DNA of 64,000 nucleotides from Haplodiscus bocki (lineage: Eukaryota). Positions 1-13,481 of the stretch are shown piece by piece. The DNA is taken from NCBI GenBank assembly GCA_965655095.1, contig OZ296648.1, positions 46,004,001-46,068,000 on the forward strand, written 5' to 3'. The notes under the pieces are model-generated. The model was not told the origin of the DNA. It saw only the letters and a program-made list of their open reading frames with translations, and searched no databases. The translations under genes and the position numbers were made by a program. Each line of letters begins with the position of its first letter. Positions within the stretch are counted from its first letter, which is position 1.

Positions 1-245
1 TTATAAAGAATCTGTTGAGGAAGAACTTCTAACCAAATTTTTTCATGCCCTGATAAAGAAATTTTTTCCTATTCATATAAATGATCTAAGACTTCAAGTA
101 GATCATAGATCTCCTAAAAGGATTCAAATATTTGAACAGTACAGAACCTATCCTGCTAATGCTAAATTATTCATTATATTAATTAGATTGACAATTTGAA
201 ACGATTTCAGATGGAGATAAAATTACGGAAACTAAAGTTATTTAA
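1..245 (+). pseudogene. Major capsid protein, C-terminal fragment
   Basis: ...PIHINDLRLQVDHRSPKRIQIFEQY...LFIILIR...SDGDKITETKVI* aligns by eye with the C-terminus of the element 2 MCP (PIQVIDIRFQVDHITPEK...LIIILIRHKQIEMISDRNKIIEIKVI). Confidence 0.75.
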
Positions 246-247
246 AA

Positions 248-730
248 ATGGAAATACTTAATTTAAAGACTTTATGCAGAAATATAACACAAAAAAATGA
301 TACTATGAATGAACTTGGTTTCAAAAGGGTTTATAGTTTTTTTGTTTATCCTAAAGGTTCGAAAATGAATTCAGACAAAAGATTCGTAAATATTGATAAT
401 GGTTGTATGTGAGGGTCTCATTGGACTTGCTTTTATATAAAAATATTGAATCATACCATTCTGACCCATTTGTAGGAGCTCCAGAAAAATTGTTACTCAA
501 TCAATTACCAACCAATAATTTATCACAATTAAAAAATTCAAGAATTAAAAAGTTTAAATAGTTATAAATATCATAATTACTTATCAATTACCCAGCAATA
601 ATTTACCATCATTAAAAAATTCAAGACACAAATAGTAAATTAAGTGGATCTTACTGTTTATACTTGTTCTATCTAATTGAAAAAGTTAATTTTTACGAAG
701 CTATTTTAAAAAGGTATTTTGTTAATTAAG
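248..730 (+). pseudogene. Adenain-like cysteine protease (frameshifted)
   Basis: FVNIDNGCM*GSHWTCF (catalytic His), then SDPFVG and KIQDTNSKLSGSYCLY, where the catalytic Cys position reads Ser. Small internal duplication near 497-626. Confidence 0.8.
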
Positions 731-2047
731 TGCCAATAAAGGTATTTGGTAACATTTCTTCCTGACATAATATTGGTAATAATTTTGAAACAAGCATAAT
801 GGTACAAAAAAGTTTTTTGAGAACTAATTATATAGAAAGTAATATTGAAGAAAACATTGTCAAGAAAAATCAATTCAAAATTGAGAATATACCTGGTCCT
901 ATAGAAAATTCAGATGCTGTATGTGATTCTTACGAAGATGTTGGATTGAATGATTTGAGTATAAGAGGAAACAACGCTCATGTTGCCTTTAACGATAAAA
1001 ATCTTCGTTCTGTAAACGATAATGTTCGTTTTGTTGAAGTAATTAGATTGCCTGCAGTGGAGAACACATTACACCAAAATTTTACACTGATGAAGCTTTT
1101 TTTCATAGTGTAGATGAATCATCATTGTTAAGATTAAATCCTAATGGACAATTAAAACTAGATGAACAATATTCTATAATTCTTAATTCTACTTTAACAT
1201 CGTCAAAAACATTAACTGAAAAACCTATCAAAACATATAACTCTTATGAAAACAAAAGAATTAGACGAGATTTATCATCAGTATTTAGCAATCAAGATAA
1301 TGATTTTGATAATCCAGAATTAATTAATTTGGATAGTGTCACAGTTAATAGAGAGCCAAATTCAGATAAAGGAGTAGCCAAAAAAATGTTGACAATTCAA
1401 TAGGTGGTGGTAATATTCTAAGATTTGTTGGAACACCAAAAAACTATCCGAAAGTTTCTGTTGGCAATGATATTTATATTTTAACTAAAAATGATAAAAT
1501 ACAAATAACTGATACAACCATTAGTAACTCGGGTAAATCTGGCGTGAGTGTTTTACTTTGTTGGAAAAATGTTTGTAATGGTAGAAATACTAATGGAAAA
1601 AAGTCAAATTTCATGAAAACAACAAAATCTGCCTCTCCAACAGGTATTTCAGGGGCAACAAAGCTACCTCCAATTTGCAAAGGTTGTGTGTATATCGAAA
1701 CAAGGTCAGGTGATTCTGGAGCTGATATTATCTTTTGCAGTTTCGAAAGAACTGATATTATTCAAATTACTAAGATAACATTCTGTTATAATAGATTTTC
1801 ATCAAGCGACCCTATTTTAGGAGCAATGGGTAGGTTCGGATATCAACTTCTATAGGGTGATACTAAGTGGAGTACTCGATCTAATACACCTAAAAACGAT
1901 CGATATAGCAACTCATCAACAGATTGGTCTCTAGTTAGTTTGAAATTTATTGTAGAAAATTATGGATTAAAACTGATTTTTGATCGAGTAGACACACAAC
2001 AGGCTAATATGTGCTGTAATAATATTATAATATCACATTCTGTATAA
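730..2047 (+). pseudogene. Putative fibre/spike-like virion protein
   Basis: Fragments 799-1113, 1125-1403 and 1544-1855 are homologous to 25262-26588(-). Contains NQDNDFDNxxLxNLDSVTVNREP-type repeats. Confidence 0.5.
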
Positions 2048-2518
2048 GAAATCGAACTTTTAATTTATTATAAAGGTTTATTCGAATCAATAACAGATTA
2101 AAGAAAGATTGTATAATTAATATTTTTAATCAAAAATGATGTTGATTTTTTAATTGAATGTGGTAATATAAGAAAATGATATTAGTCGTCTATGTTTAGA
2201 GTGTAAAAATATAATAATGGAGCACAAAGATGAATATTTAGTTTTATTTTAAAAAAGAAGTAGAAGAAACTATTACTGAAAGAATTTTGAATAGATAAAT
2301 GGAAGACTATTTTTCAACGATGTTTGAAGATGTTAGACGAGAAAGATCGTTGGTATAATCAATGTCTTTAACAAATCCAGATAAATTAAAACAATCCAAA
2401 ATTACAGACGTTGAATTATCATCCATAAAAGATCTTGCTCTTGGAAAATTAGATAGACAGAGAGTATTAAAGAATACATTGTTGTATCATTAAGAGAATA
2501 ATATTTTCTGTTTAATGA

Positions 2519-3141
2519 ATGGCTAATCCAAATTTGAAAAAAAAAGATCTAACCTTTTTAAAAGTGACAACCGAAGGTGATGAAATTAAAGAATTAAAAA
2601 TTGAAACGGAAAAACATGATCTTGAAAAAATATCAAAATCACTCAAAATTGATAATGAATGTTTTAGGAAGAAATTTAAATCCTCAAATAAAAAGAAAGA
2701 TATATTAATTATCACAGAAATTTTCATGAGATCTGCTTCCACAAAAAACTCTAGTACAATAGCATTATTAGCAAGATTAAATCAAAAAGCAGGTGTTGTA
2801 ATAACAACTAGTACAGCTTTGTTAACTAGTAGTGCTATTTTAATCACGAGTGAATACATATCAAAATTGAAGATACGATGTACAAGATTACAAGATTGGA
2901 TTAAAGTAATTAATTTTGGATATGAGAGAACTTTGAACCAATTGATGGTAGATAAAAAACTGACAAAAAGCATGGGAATTGAAAAAGATAAAAAAAAAAC
3001 CAATATATAGGCAAAACATCTGATATTATGAAAAATACTCAATTCAAGATTGAGGATCTATTTGGTCATAGTATAAGTAAAGATTTTGTTTCACCAGAAC
3101 AAATAACTAAACATACTACTTTATTAGCCGCAATATTGTGA
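2519..3141 (+). pseudogene. Polinton protein with hydrophobic hairpin (membrane-associated?), copy 1
   Basis: Charged N-terminus, then hydrophobic ILIITEI...AGVVITTSTALLTSSAILIT. Homologues at 5643 and at 24165-24775(-). Confidence 0.55.
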
Positions 3142-3411
3142 ATGAAAACTTTTGTATAAGAATAAATAAATTTTTATCTAGAAAGAAAAAATATTTCGAT
3201 TTTCAACTGAGCGCTCCTCCTGAATGTGATTTTTAGTATTTAAATAATTCAAGTTGAAAACAATCTTTTTGCTTGGGAGGTCGTCATTATTCTAAGAAAA
3301 ACAACATAATTGAATACGATGAGAGAAATCCTTAAACAAACAAAATTGTTGAAAATTTCAAGGGTATTTGTGGTATTTTTGGCGGTAACGAATCACAATT
3401 TTTTACTAAGT

Positions 3412-3845
3412 AAAAGACACGAGGAGAAGATTTCATGGAGCAAGGAAATGTAAAAGTAAACACTGTTCACCTATGTCAAATTCAGCATGATTTGATCTAA
3501 ATAGTAATGGCGATAAACTTAAATTACATGATGTTTGACATAATCCAAAAGGCAAATGTCAGAAACAATTAATATTTGCTGTTTACTACTAAAGAGTTTA
3601 AACTCGAAGGAGCAGGGTTCAAAACTACAATGAGGATAATATTCAAAAGAAGTCAAAAAGCATGGAACTCTTTTCTTAAACCAGCAGTAAACATTCTAGC
3701 ACCTGTTTTTGGTATGGCTGTCGCAGCAAAAAGCAAAATTCCACAAGTTTGTCAAGCTACTCCGAAAATTTTGAAAAATATAACAGGAGGTACGATTTTA
3801 AGCTTAACTGACATGTGTGGGGATGGATTGAGAAAAGCAAGGTGA
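3412..3845 (+). pseudogene. Putative core protein with adenain cleavage motifs, copy 1
   Basis: Cys/His N-terminus, then KLEGAG|F and MCGDG|L, matching (M/L/I)xGx-G. Homologue at 23484-23910(-). Confidence 0.55.
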
Positions 3846-3873
3846 ACTAATTCAAATAAAGTTTGGTAATAAA

Positions 3874-4477
3874 ATGGATGAAATGGTTAAAGAAATGTTG
3901 TGAATGTGGAATTGAAAAATTAAATGAAGAGGTTTGTTTTAGGAAGTTTAGTCAAAAAAAACCTTCGTATACAATGTAGAAATATCGAGCAAAAAGAATG
4001 AAGAATAAATGATTATGAAAAAGTAAATCATTATATGAGAACTATAGTGAAAAAAAATAAAGAAAAAAAACAGATTTTCGTGATAAGAGAAGAAAAGAAA
4101 CAGATGTTAAATTTCGTTTAATTAATGATACAAGATGTCGTTACATCATGCACTGAATGGTAAATCGAAATTTTCTTCTACAAAAGATGTTTTGGGTATA
4201 GTTATTGTTACTTATAGAGAATGGATCGAGTTTCGATTTACACCTGAAATGAATTGGAGAAATATCGATATGGATCATGTCAGACCAATCGTTTGATGTA
4301 TACAATAGCGGAGAAAAGAAACAACATTTTAATTGGAAAAACACTCAACCATTACAAAAAGATTTTTATTTTCAAAAAGGAACTGAACTTAGATTTTTTG
4401 ATTATCAACTAGAACTTGTTGAAGCATATCAATTTATCAAAATAAATGAAGATGGATCAAACGAAGATTTTCATTGA
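3874..4477 (+). pseudogene. EndoVII/HNH-like nuclease with N-terminal Zn ribbon, copy 1
   Basis: KCCECG N-terminus, then EMNWRNIDMDHVRP / SFDV...HFNWKNTQPL...QKG. Confidence 0.65.
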
Positions 4478-5300
4478 TGACATATAGTAAACCTCCTGAT
4501 AAAATTTATGAAACTAATAAAATAGTATATGTTCACTTTGATGAAACATGGAGCATTGATTTAGCTGAAATGATTGAATATAAGGTTTCAAACAATATAG
4601 GTTTTGGGTAGATATTCATAATTATTGATACTTTTAGTAAAAATACTTGGACTATTCCTCTAAAAAGATCAAAATGCTCGAAAAAACTAATGAATTTTCA
4701 AATTTTACATCTACATCAGAACGAAGACCTATAAGAATAGAAATGGATGGGGGAGAGGATATTCAAATTTCTGTTTTTCAAAACTTTTTCAAAGGTATTT
4801 TTATACAACATTTTTCAGGATTTTCTGATAAAATCCTGTATTGCTGAAAGAGTCACTAGAACGATAGGGAATTTTTTTTGAAAAACCAGTGTTTGAAAAA
4901 GGGAATGCCGATTGGATAACCGAACTTCAGTCTATCATCAAACAATATATTATCACAATTCACCATTCAATGGAAAAGACTCCATTTCAAGCTAGTAAAA
5001 ACGCAAAATTAGACGTAGTATTTTCCAATCTTCAAGATCGAAGAAATAGAAAAAAACCAAAATTTAGATTAGGACATTTATTTCGTACATCTTATATTCA
5101 AAACGTGTTCTCGAGAAGTGAGAGTAGAATTTATATCTATGAGCTTTTTAGGAAAATCGAAGTCATTCATTATACTATACCATCATATAGAAGCATCTCT
5201 TGGCCAGAGCGATAGAAACAAAACTTAAAAAGATCACCAAAATTAACCTTAGAAGAATATATTTGAGTCAAGACAGAACTAAAACTATTTCAAACAAAAT
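4446..5300 (+). pseudogene. Retroviral-like (rve) integrase, copy 1
   Basis: WSIDL (D1), IIDTFSK, RIEMDGGE (D2), IAERVTRTI (E), IHHSMEKTP, PKFRLG. Contains stops and frameshifts. Confidence 0.9.
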
Positions 5301-5642
5301 AATCCCTTTTAAATGGAATTAACTGAAGACCAAAAGATTTGAAAATATGGTGTAAAACGTGGAAATTGAAATCGAAAAACCCTTCTTTCATTTTAATTTT
5401 AATTTACTTGTACTTCATGTGGTATAACGTTATATAACGAAAAAACAAACTTAGTAAATTTTCGAAAAAAAAGAATTTTGTCATCAGATTGAAATATGCC
5501 GGACACGAAATTTTTTGTTTTTCTATAGATGGTTATAAAAAAGCTCAATGTAAAGATCTTGCTCTTGGAAAATTAGATAGACAGAGAGTTTTAAAGAATA
5601 CATTCTTGTATCATTAAGAGAATAATATTTTCTGTTTGATAA

Positions 5643-6262
5643 ATGGCTAACCCAAATTTGAAAAATGAAGATCTAAGCTTTTTAAAAGTGACAACCGAAG
5701 GTGATGAATTTAAAGAATTAAAAATTAAAACGAAAAAACATGATCTTGAAAAAATATCAAAATCAATCAAAATTGATAATGAATGTTTTAGGAAGAAATT
5801 TAAATCCTCAAATAAAAAGAAAGATATATTGATTATCACAGAAATTTTCATGAGATCTGCTTCCACAAAAAACTCTAGTACAATAGCAATATTAGCAATA
5901 TTAAATCAAAAAGCAGGTGTTGTAATAACAACTAGTTCAGCTTCGTTAACTAGTAGTGCTATTTTAATCACGAGTGAATACATATCAAAATTGAAGATAC
6001 GATGTACAAGATTACAAGATTGGATTAAAGTAATTAATTTTGGATATGAGAGAACTTTGAACCAATTGATGGTAGATAAAAAACTGACAAAAAGCATGGG
6101 AATTGAAAAAGATAAAAAAACCAATATTGAGGCAAAACATCTGGTATTATGAAAAATACTCAAGTCAAGATTGAGGATCTATTTGGTGATAGTATAAGTA
6201 AAGATTCTGTTTCACCAAAACAAATAACTAAACATACTAATTTAATAGCCACAATAATGTGA
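5643..6262 (+). pseudogene. Polinton hydrophobic-hairpin protein, copy 2
   Basis: Duplicate of 2519-3141. Confidence 0.55.
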
Positions 6263-6534
6263 ATGAAAACTTTTGTATAAAAACAAATAAATTTATATCT
6301 AGAAGGAAAAAAGATTTCGATTTTCAACTGAGTGCTCCTCCTGAATGTGATTTTTAGTAATTAAATGAATTCAAGTTGAAAACAATCTTTTTGCTTGGGA
6401 GGTTGTCATTATTCTAAGAAAAACAACAAAATTGAATACGATGAGAGAAATCCTTAAACAAACAAAATTGTTGAAAAATTCAAGGGTATTTGTAGTATTT
6501 TTGGCGGTAACGAATCACAATTTTTTACTAAGTG

Positions 6535-6967
6535 AAAGACACGAGGAGAAGATTTCATGGAGCAAGGAAATGTAAAAGTAAACACTGTTCACCTATGTCA
6601 AATTCAGCATGATTTGATCTAAATAGTAATGGCGATAAACTTAAATTACATGATGTTTGACATAATCCAAAAGGCAAATGTCAGAAACAATTAATATTTG
6701 CTGTTTACTACTAAAGAGTTTAAACTCGAAGGAGCAGGGTTCAAAACTACAATGAGGATAATATTCAAAAGAAGTCAAAAAGCATGGAACTCTTTTCTTA
6801 AACCAGCAGTAAACATTCTAGCACCTGTTTTTGGTATGGCTGTCGCAGCAAAAAGCAAAATTCCACAAGTTTGTCAAGCTACTCCAAAAATTTTGAAAAA
6901 TATAACAGGAGGTACGATTTTAAGCTTAACTGACATGTGTGGGGATGGATTGAGAAAAGCAAGGTGA
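6535..6967 (+). pseudogene. Putative core protein, copy 2
   Basis: Identical 89-aa ORF at 6698-6967. Confidence 0.55.
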
Positions 6968-6995
6968 ACTAATTCAAATAAAGTTTGGTAATAAA

Positions 6996-7597
6996 ATGGA
7001 TGAAATGGTTAAAAAAATGTTGTGAATGTGGAATTGAAAATTTAAATGAAGAGTTTTGTTTTAGGAAGTTTAGTAAAAAAAAACGTTTGCATACAATGTA
7101 GAAAAATCGAGCAAAAGAATGAAGAATAATTGATTACGAAAAAGTAAATCATTATATGAGTACTATAGCGAGAAAAATAAAGAAAAAAAACAGTTTTTCG
7201 TGATAAGAGAAGAAGAGAAACAGATGTTAAATTTCGTTTAATTAATGATACAAGATGTCGTTACATCATGCACTGAATGGTAAATCGAAATTTTCTTCTA
7301 CAAAAGATGTTTTGGGTATAGTTATTGTTACTTATAGAGAATGGATCGAGTTTCGAATTACACCTGAAATGAATTGGAGAAATATCGATATGGATCATGT
7401 CAGACCAATCGTTTGATGTATACAATAGTGGAGAAAAGAAACAACATTTTAATTGGAAAAACACTCAACCATTACAAAAAGATTTTTATTTTCAAAAAGG
7501 AACTGAACTTAGATTTTTTGATTATCAACTAGAACTTGTTGAAGCATATCAATTTATCAAAATAAATGAAGATGGATCAAACGAAGATTTTCATTGA
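6996..7597 (+). pseudogene. EndoVII/HNH-like nuclease, copy 2
   Basis: Duplicate of 3874-4477. Confidence 0.65.
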
Positions 7598-8420
7598 TGA
7601 CATATAGTAAACCTCCTGATAAAAATTATGAAACTAATAAAATAGTATATGTTCACTTTGATGAAACATGGAGCATTGATTTAGCCGATATGATTGAATA
7701 TAAGGTTTCAAACAATATAGGTTTTGGGTAGATATTCATAATTATTGATACTTTTAGTAAAAATACTTGGACTATTCCTCTAAAAAGATAAAAATGCTCG
7801 AAAAAACTAATGAATTTTCAAATTTTACATCTACATCAGAACGAAGACCTATAAGAAGAGAAATGGATGGGGGAGAGGATATTCAAATTTCTGTTTTTCA
7901 AAATTTTTTCAAAGGTATTTTTATACAACATTTTTCAGGATTTTCTGATAAAATCCTGTATTGCTGAAAGAGTCACTAGAACGATAGGGAATTTTTTTTG
8001 AAAAACCAGTGTTTGAAAAAGGGAATGCCGATTGGATAACCGAACTTCAGTCTATCATCAAACAATATATTATCACAATTCACCATTCAATGGAAAAGAC
8101 TCCATTTCAAGCTAGTAAAAACGCAAAATTAGACGTAGTATTTTCCAATCTTCAAGATCGAAGAAATAGAAAAAAACCAAAATTTAGATTAGGACATTTA
8201 TTTCGTACATCTTATATTCAAAACGTGTTCTCGAGAAGTGAGAGTAGAATTTATATCTATGAGCTTTTTAGGAAAATCGAAGTCATTCATTATACTATAC
8301 CATCATATAGAAGCATCTCTTGGCCAGAGCGATAGAAACAAAACTTAAAAAGATCACCAAAATTAACCTTAGAAGAATATATTTGAGTCAAGACAGAACT
8401 AAAACTATTTCAAACAAAAT
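7566..8420 (+). pseudogene. rve integrase, copy 2
   Basis: WSIDLADM etc.; same disabling lesions as copy 1. Confidence 0.9.
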
Positions 8421-8432
8421 AATCCCTTTTAA

Positions 8433-9740
8433 ATGGAATTAACTGAAGACCAAAAGATTTGAAAATATGGTGTAAAACGTGGAAATTGAAATCGAAAAAC
8501 CCTTCTTTCATTTGAATTTTAATTTACTTGTACTTCATGTGGTATAACGTTATATAACGAAAAAACAAACTTAGTAAATTTTCGAAAAAAAAAGAATTTT
8601 GTCATCAGATTGAAATATGCCGGACACGAAATTTTTTGTTTTTCTATAAATGGTTAAAAAATAAATCAATGTAAAGATTTTGATGAAAGATATGAAGCTT
8701 TATCCACATTGAAGAATTAAAAAAATGAAAATTAAAAGAACTTTTCCGAAAAATATGAAGCTGTTAATTTAAATCCTGATTTAGAACAAAATTAGTACTC
8801 TAGAACAGTTGAAGGTATATATAAAATTGGACATGATTCTATTAGAGTATTCAAATGGTTAGCTTATTATGATAGACTTTTTGATGAAAATAAAATACCT
8901 TTTGATTTGATGGCGAGAATTTAAACTTGTCTAACTGAAATATCTTAATGATAAAAATTACGTAGAAGTAAAAAGCAAATGAAATTTTAATCATCCCACT
9001 GAAAATATTATATTAAGACTTAGAGTACAACCAAAATCTTTGAGAACCCAATATCAAGTTCAAGTAAACACTCAAATTAGGAAAAATCTGAAAGTAATTA
9101 AAAAAACTACTGATGAATTGATAGTTAAAAAGCATCCTAAAAAGAAACAGCTAATTTTTCAACAACGTAAAAAATAATCTACCAGATTGTCCTTTCTATA
9201 ACCGAAATAGTTGGCTTGAGTTTGATAAAAGATGGTTTTGTCAAATTTGTATATATATCATTACTAAACAAAAACATCAAATAGATTAAAAAATCTCATA
9301 GACAACATCTGAATTTTTCAACTAGATTACCATACGCTGATAAAAAGAATAAAGAGATTTATTTTAAAATGGTTAAAACTAAGTATGGTTCAACAGTAGA
9401 AATGCTTAACAAAATACAATTTTGAAATTAAAAACAAAATTGAAATTTTATCAAAATATAGATAATTATTATGAAGAAAGGAATTATCATAGGCAAAATG
9501 GTACTTTTCATTTCGCAGAACCTCCTTCCGACAGAAACGTTAACGGTGTTAGTAAAATTTATCATGAAGTATTCCTGTTAATGAAATTTTTACAAAAAAA
9601 ACCTCAGGTTAAAAATATGAAAAATAAATACTATGGTTTGTATTATGCTGTTCTTAAAATAGAAGTGGAAAAGAGAATATGGAAGATAAAAAAGATTAAG
9701 ATATAAAACCTTTTTATGATAATAATATTATGCCAAATTA
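8433..9740 (+). pseudogene. Two conserved hypothetical Polinton genes between integrase and pPolB
   Basis: EQN*YSRTVEGIYKIGH, LRTQYQVQ, FSTRLP and SKIYHEV..MKFLQKKPQV match 20037-21350(-) in element 2. Confidence 0.65.
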
Positions 9741-9841
9741 AATTATTGATGGAAATCATGATGCAATGTTAAAATAGAGAAGAATGAGATCTCAGATAAA
9801 TCAGTTCAAGCTTTTTATCCTATATAAAAAGAGACGCACAA

Positions 9842-12800
9842 ATGGAAAGCCGCAGATGTGATAATTGTAAAATTGATGTTCAATGAGCATCTTGTGCTAA
9901 ACCCTTCAGAAGTAAAAAAACTTTTAGGAGTTATGAAACGAAATGAAATGATTATTCCAGAATGGTTATTTCGAAAACTTATGGGATTTGAAAAAAAAAA
10001 TCTTTCACCTTTATGGGAAATAGCAAGATTTTATATCAAATTAGATGATAAACAACTAACTAGAGAACTGGCTACAAGGATGATAAATCCCTAATATTTC
10101 ACTGGAAGAGCAATAAAAATCGGATTTAATATAAAATTAGGTAGTCATCATATCAATCATTCTATTTCTGAAGTAATTATTGAATCAAATTATGTGGAAA
10201 TAGGGATTGAAACCATATATGTCAAAAAATCATGAAAAAGTGGGCTACTATTTATGCGAGATTAGTAAATCGATATAAATTTAAAAATAAAACAGTATTT
10301 TCAGCTCAATTCGTTAAACAGGGTGAAGATAATCAAGTATTAGAAAAAACTGATTTATTCCTTAATTTGCAAAATAATCAAAATGTAACTGAATCTGGTA
10401 TTGATAAAGATGATTTTAAATCTCCAGTAGAACGCCAAATTCAGAATCAAGAAATGAAATATAATGGATGGAGATTTGATGATATTAATGTAGAGACAAT
10501 ATAATTTTACAAAACTACTGAGATGAATGGTTCAAGTTATATAAAAAATCCTTTGAGAAGTTCTGCTATCTTGAAAATTCAAAATTGAGATAAGTATTGT
10601 TTTACTTGGTCGTCCTTAGCCTACATTCATCTTATAGCAGATTCAAAAAAAGTCATCCAACAAGAGTTTCATTTTTGAACAATTTTTTAATGAATTCAGC
10701 ATTCCAAGTTTCGATTTCACTAAAGAGCTTAAATGTAGTAATGTTTATATTTTTGAGATGTTAAACATTCTATCTATAAACATATTTGAATTAATTTTTC
10801 ATCAAGATAAAAACTAAAAGAAACATGAATTGATACCTATTGAAGTTAGCAAAAACGAATCAGATAGAGTTGTTGACTTGAAAAAATATAAAAACCATCA
10901 CGTTCTCATTAAAAAAATACACGCATTTTTAGGCAATCATAATTGTAATTATGTTTGCAGACAGTATTTATGTTCTTTTTCAAGTCAAAATGTACTAAAG
11001 AAACATAAACAACGTTGTGAACAACAAGACAAAAATAGCATTAGAACTTCAAATGATTCTCATCTTTTTTGGTAAAAGCACTTTCATAAGAATCCTTTAC
11101 ATTTTAAGATTTATGCAGATTTTTACACTGTAATTGAAATTGTTTTTTTTTGGTATAGGAAATACAACAACTTCTTTTTTTTTAAGTAAAATCCTGTGTG
11201 TAATGGATACTATAGTATCTGAATTGGATGATGTTTTAAAAAGTGGTTATTGTGAATCTCCTCTAGCATATGATAACGTAGATTGGTTTTGGATTAGGTT
11301 ATTAGATTAGAACTTAAAATGCTTTTTTATTTTAAAAACACTACTAATGAAATTATAATGAGTGAAGAAGATGAGACACATACCAATATTTGTAGATTTA
11401 GTCAGAACGAAATAACTGTTGACAAAATTAGAGATCATTGTCACTTAGCCGTAAATATAGAGGTCCAGCTCATGAATCATGTTATATAAACGTTACACAA
11501 AAACAAACCATTTCATAGCCCTAATGTTTCAGAATTTTTTTAATATTGATTGTCATCTACTTTTTAAAAAGCTAAGTGATAAAATGAATGATAAAGTAAA
11601 ATTTGATATTATACCTAAGACAAATGAAAAATTTTTTTCAGTAACATAAGTTTCTATTCGGTTTATTGACAGCTATAGATTTTTATCAAGCATTTTATAT
11701 TCGTTAATTAAAACGTTAGATAATGATGATTTTAGGATTTTGAAAGATCAATTTCCAAATAATTGGCAAGGTCTAAACAAAAAAGTAGCATATCCATTTG
11801 ATTTCTGTAAAAATATCAATGAATATCAAAAATCTGTTGATAATTCAAAAGGGAAAGACTTCTTCAGTTAATAAAAATGCGTATGCAAATGCTAATGAGA
11901 CAGAAATAACAAAAAAATTAATAATTTATTTGATATCAAAAACGGAAAAGACCTAACTAAATTATACTTAAAAAGTGATGTTACTTTCATAGCTGATGTT
12001 TTCGAAAAACATTTAAAAAATCAGTCAACGAATTTGATATCAAACCTCTGTATTGTGTAAATCTACCACGATATAGTTGGTTGTGTGAACTAAAATATAC
12101 TGATATTAAATTACAAACACTTCAAGATAAAGAATTATTTTAACATTAGAGAATACTATTAGGGGAGGTATCAGCTTTGTGATGGGTGACAGATATGTAA
12201 AATCAGATGATATTAAAAAGATAATATATAATGATATACTGATGCTATTATATTTTAGGTTTAGGCTATGATTGAATTTCTACCTTATGATGAATTTCAC
12301 TTTGATAAAATTGTTAAATTAGAAGCTATTTTGAATACTCCTGATGATAGTGATATTGGTTAATTCGTTAGAATTGGTATCGAATATCCTGATGAAATAA
12401 ACGAAAAAAAAACAATTTCAACTTGCTCCAGAAAATAAAAAAAGTAACCCTCATATACTTGCACCATATGTGAAAGGAAACAAGCTAAATACTTATACAC
12501 AATGAAAGAAATTGATATGTGATTGGACTGATAAAAAGAATTAGTGGATTCATCATAGAATGGTAATTTTTTATATTACACATGGGATGGTAATTGATAA
12601 AATACATGATATAATTTCATTTAAATAAAGTAAGTGGTTAGAGGGATATATAAACTTTAATACACAAAAGAGAAATAATACTAAAAATAAAGTTGAAAAA
12701 GATATCTACAAATTATTCGATACCATATTTTATGGAACAACAATGGAAAATGTTCGTAACTGAATAAAAGTGGAGTTTATTAGAAAAGATGATACTGAAA

Positions 12801-13462
12801 AAATTATAAACAACAATCAAAATTAGTTTTCAACAGAAGTCATAAATACTACACATATTTTGATAGTTATAATTTCAAACAAAACGAGGTTCTTATGCAC
12901 AAGCGTATTTACTTAGGGTTTGCTGTGTTAGAGTTGGTTAAAGTGTTGATGTATGAAACATAATATAATAAATTAACACCCTATTTTGGAGAAAAACTAT
13001 ACAAATACTTTATATGGATAATTTATGATGAGTGTGGATACAGAGGTTACTATATAAGACTTTAAAAATCTGGAAAACTTATTTGATTTTGATTTCAGCA
13101 ATATGAGTGAAAAAATTGAACTATTTAGTAAAAGAAACAAAAAATTTATGAGAAAACGTAAAATAGAGACTCCTAAAAATATTTCGGTTGATGAAGTTGT
13201 TTGTCTGAGAAGTAAAATGTATGCATTTAAATGTGCAGATGATAGTAAAGAAACTGAAACTTGTTTGTAAATCGTATTGAAAAAATACTAAATTTGACGA
13301 ATAAAAAAGTTGTTTGATGGTTAAGAATATCATTGAGAATGTGATATTTATATAATTTGATCTCCTAATCATGAAATATACCCCCAACGAGTAGAAAAAG
13401 CTATACTAACTGCATTTGATAATAAACGATGTTATGAAAATAATGTTAAACGTAAATTTTAG
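9842..13462 (+). pseudogene. Protein-primed family B DNA polymerase with EndoVII-like insertion and N-terminal Zn finger
   Basis: GWRFD, DKYCFTWS, IYADF, RDHCHL...YRGPAH, RFIDSYRFL, IRGGIS, FYGTTMENVR, IYLGFAVLEL, LYMD, CLRSKMYA, LTAFDNKR. Many frameshifts. Confidence 0.9.
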
Positions 13463-13481
13463 GGATGAAGATTATAATTGT

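Larger units (their letters stand above)
2428..8678 (+). repeat. Direct tandem duplication, ~3124-bp unit (2428-5551 / 5552-8678)
   Basis: Duplicated ORF pairs 2519/5643, 3576/6698, 4277/7397 and 4889/8009. Junction microhomology AAAGAT(C/T)TTG at 2428, 5552 and 8673. Confidence 0.95.

Noticed and set aside
2512-3042. Antisense ORFs over Polinton genes (e.g. 2512-2742, 2782-3042, 25545-25859)
   Set aside because: Shadow frames of the true genes, with no motifs.
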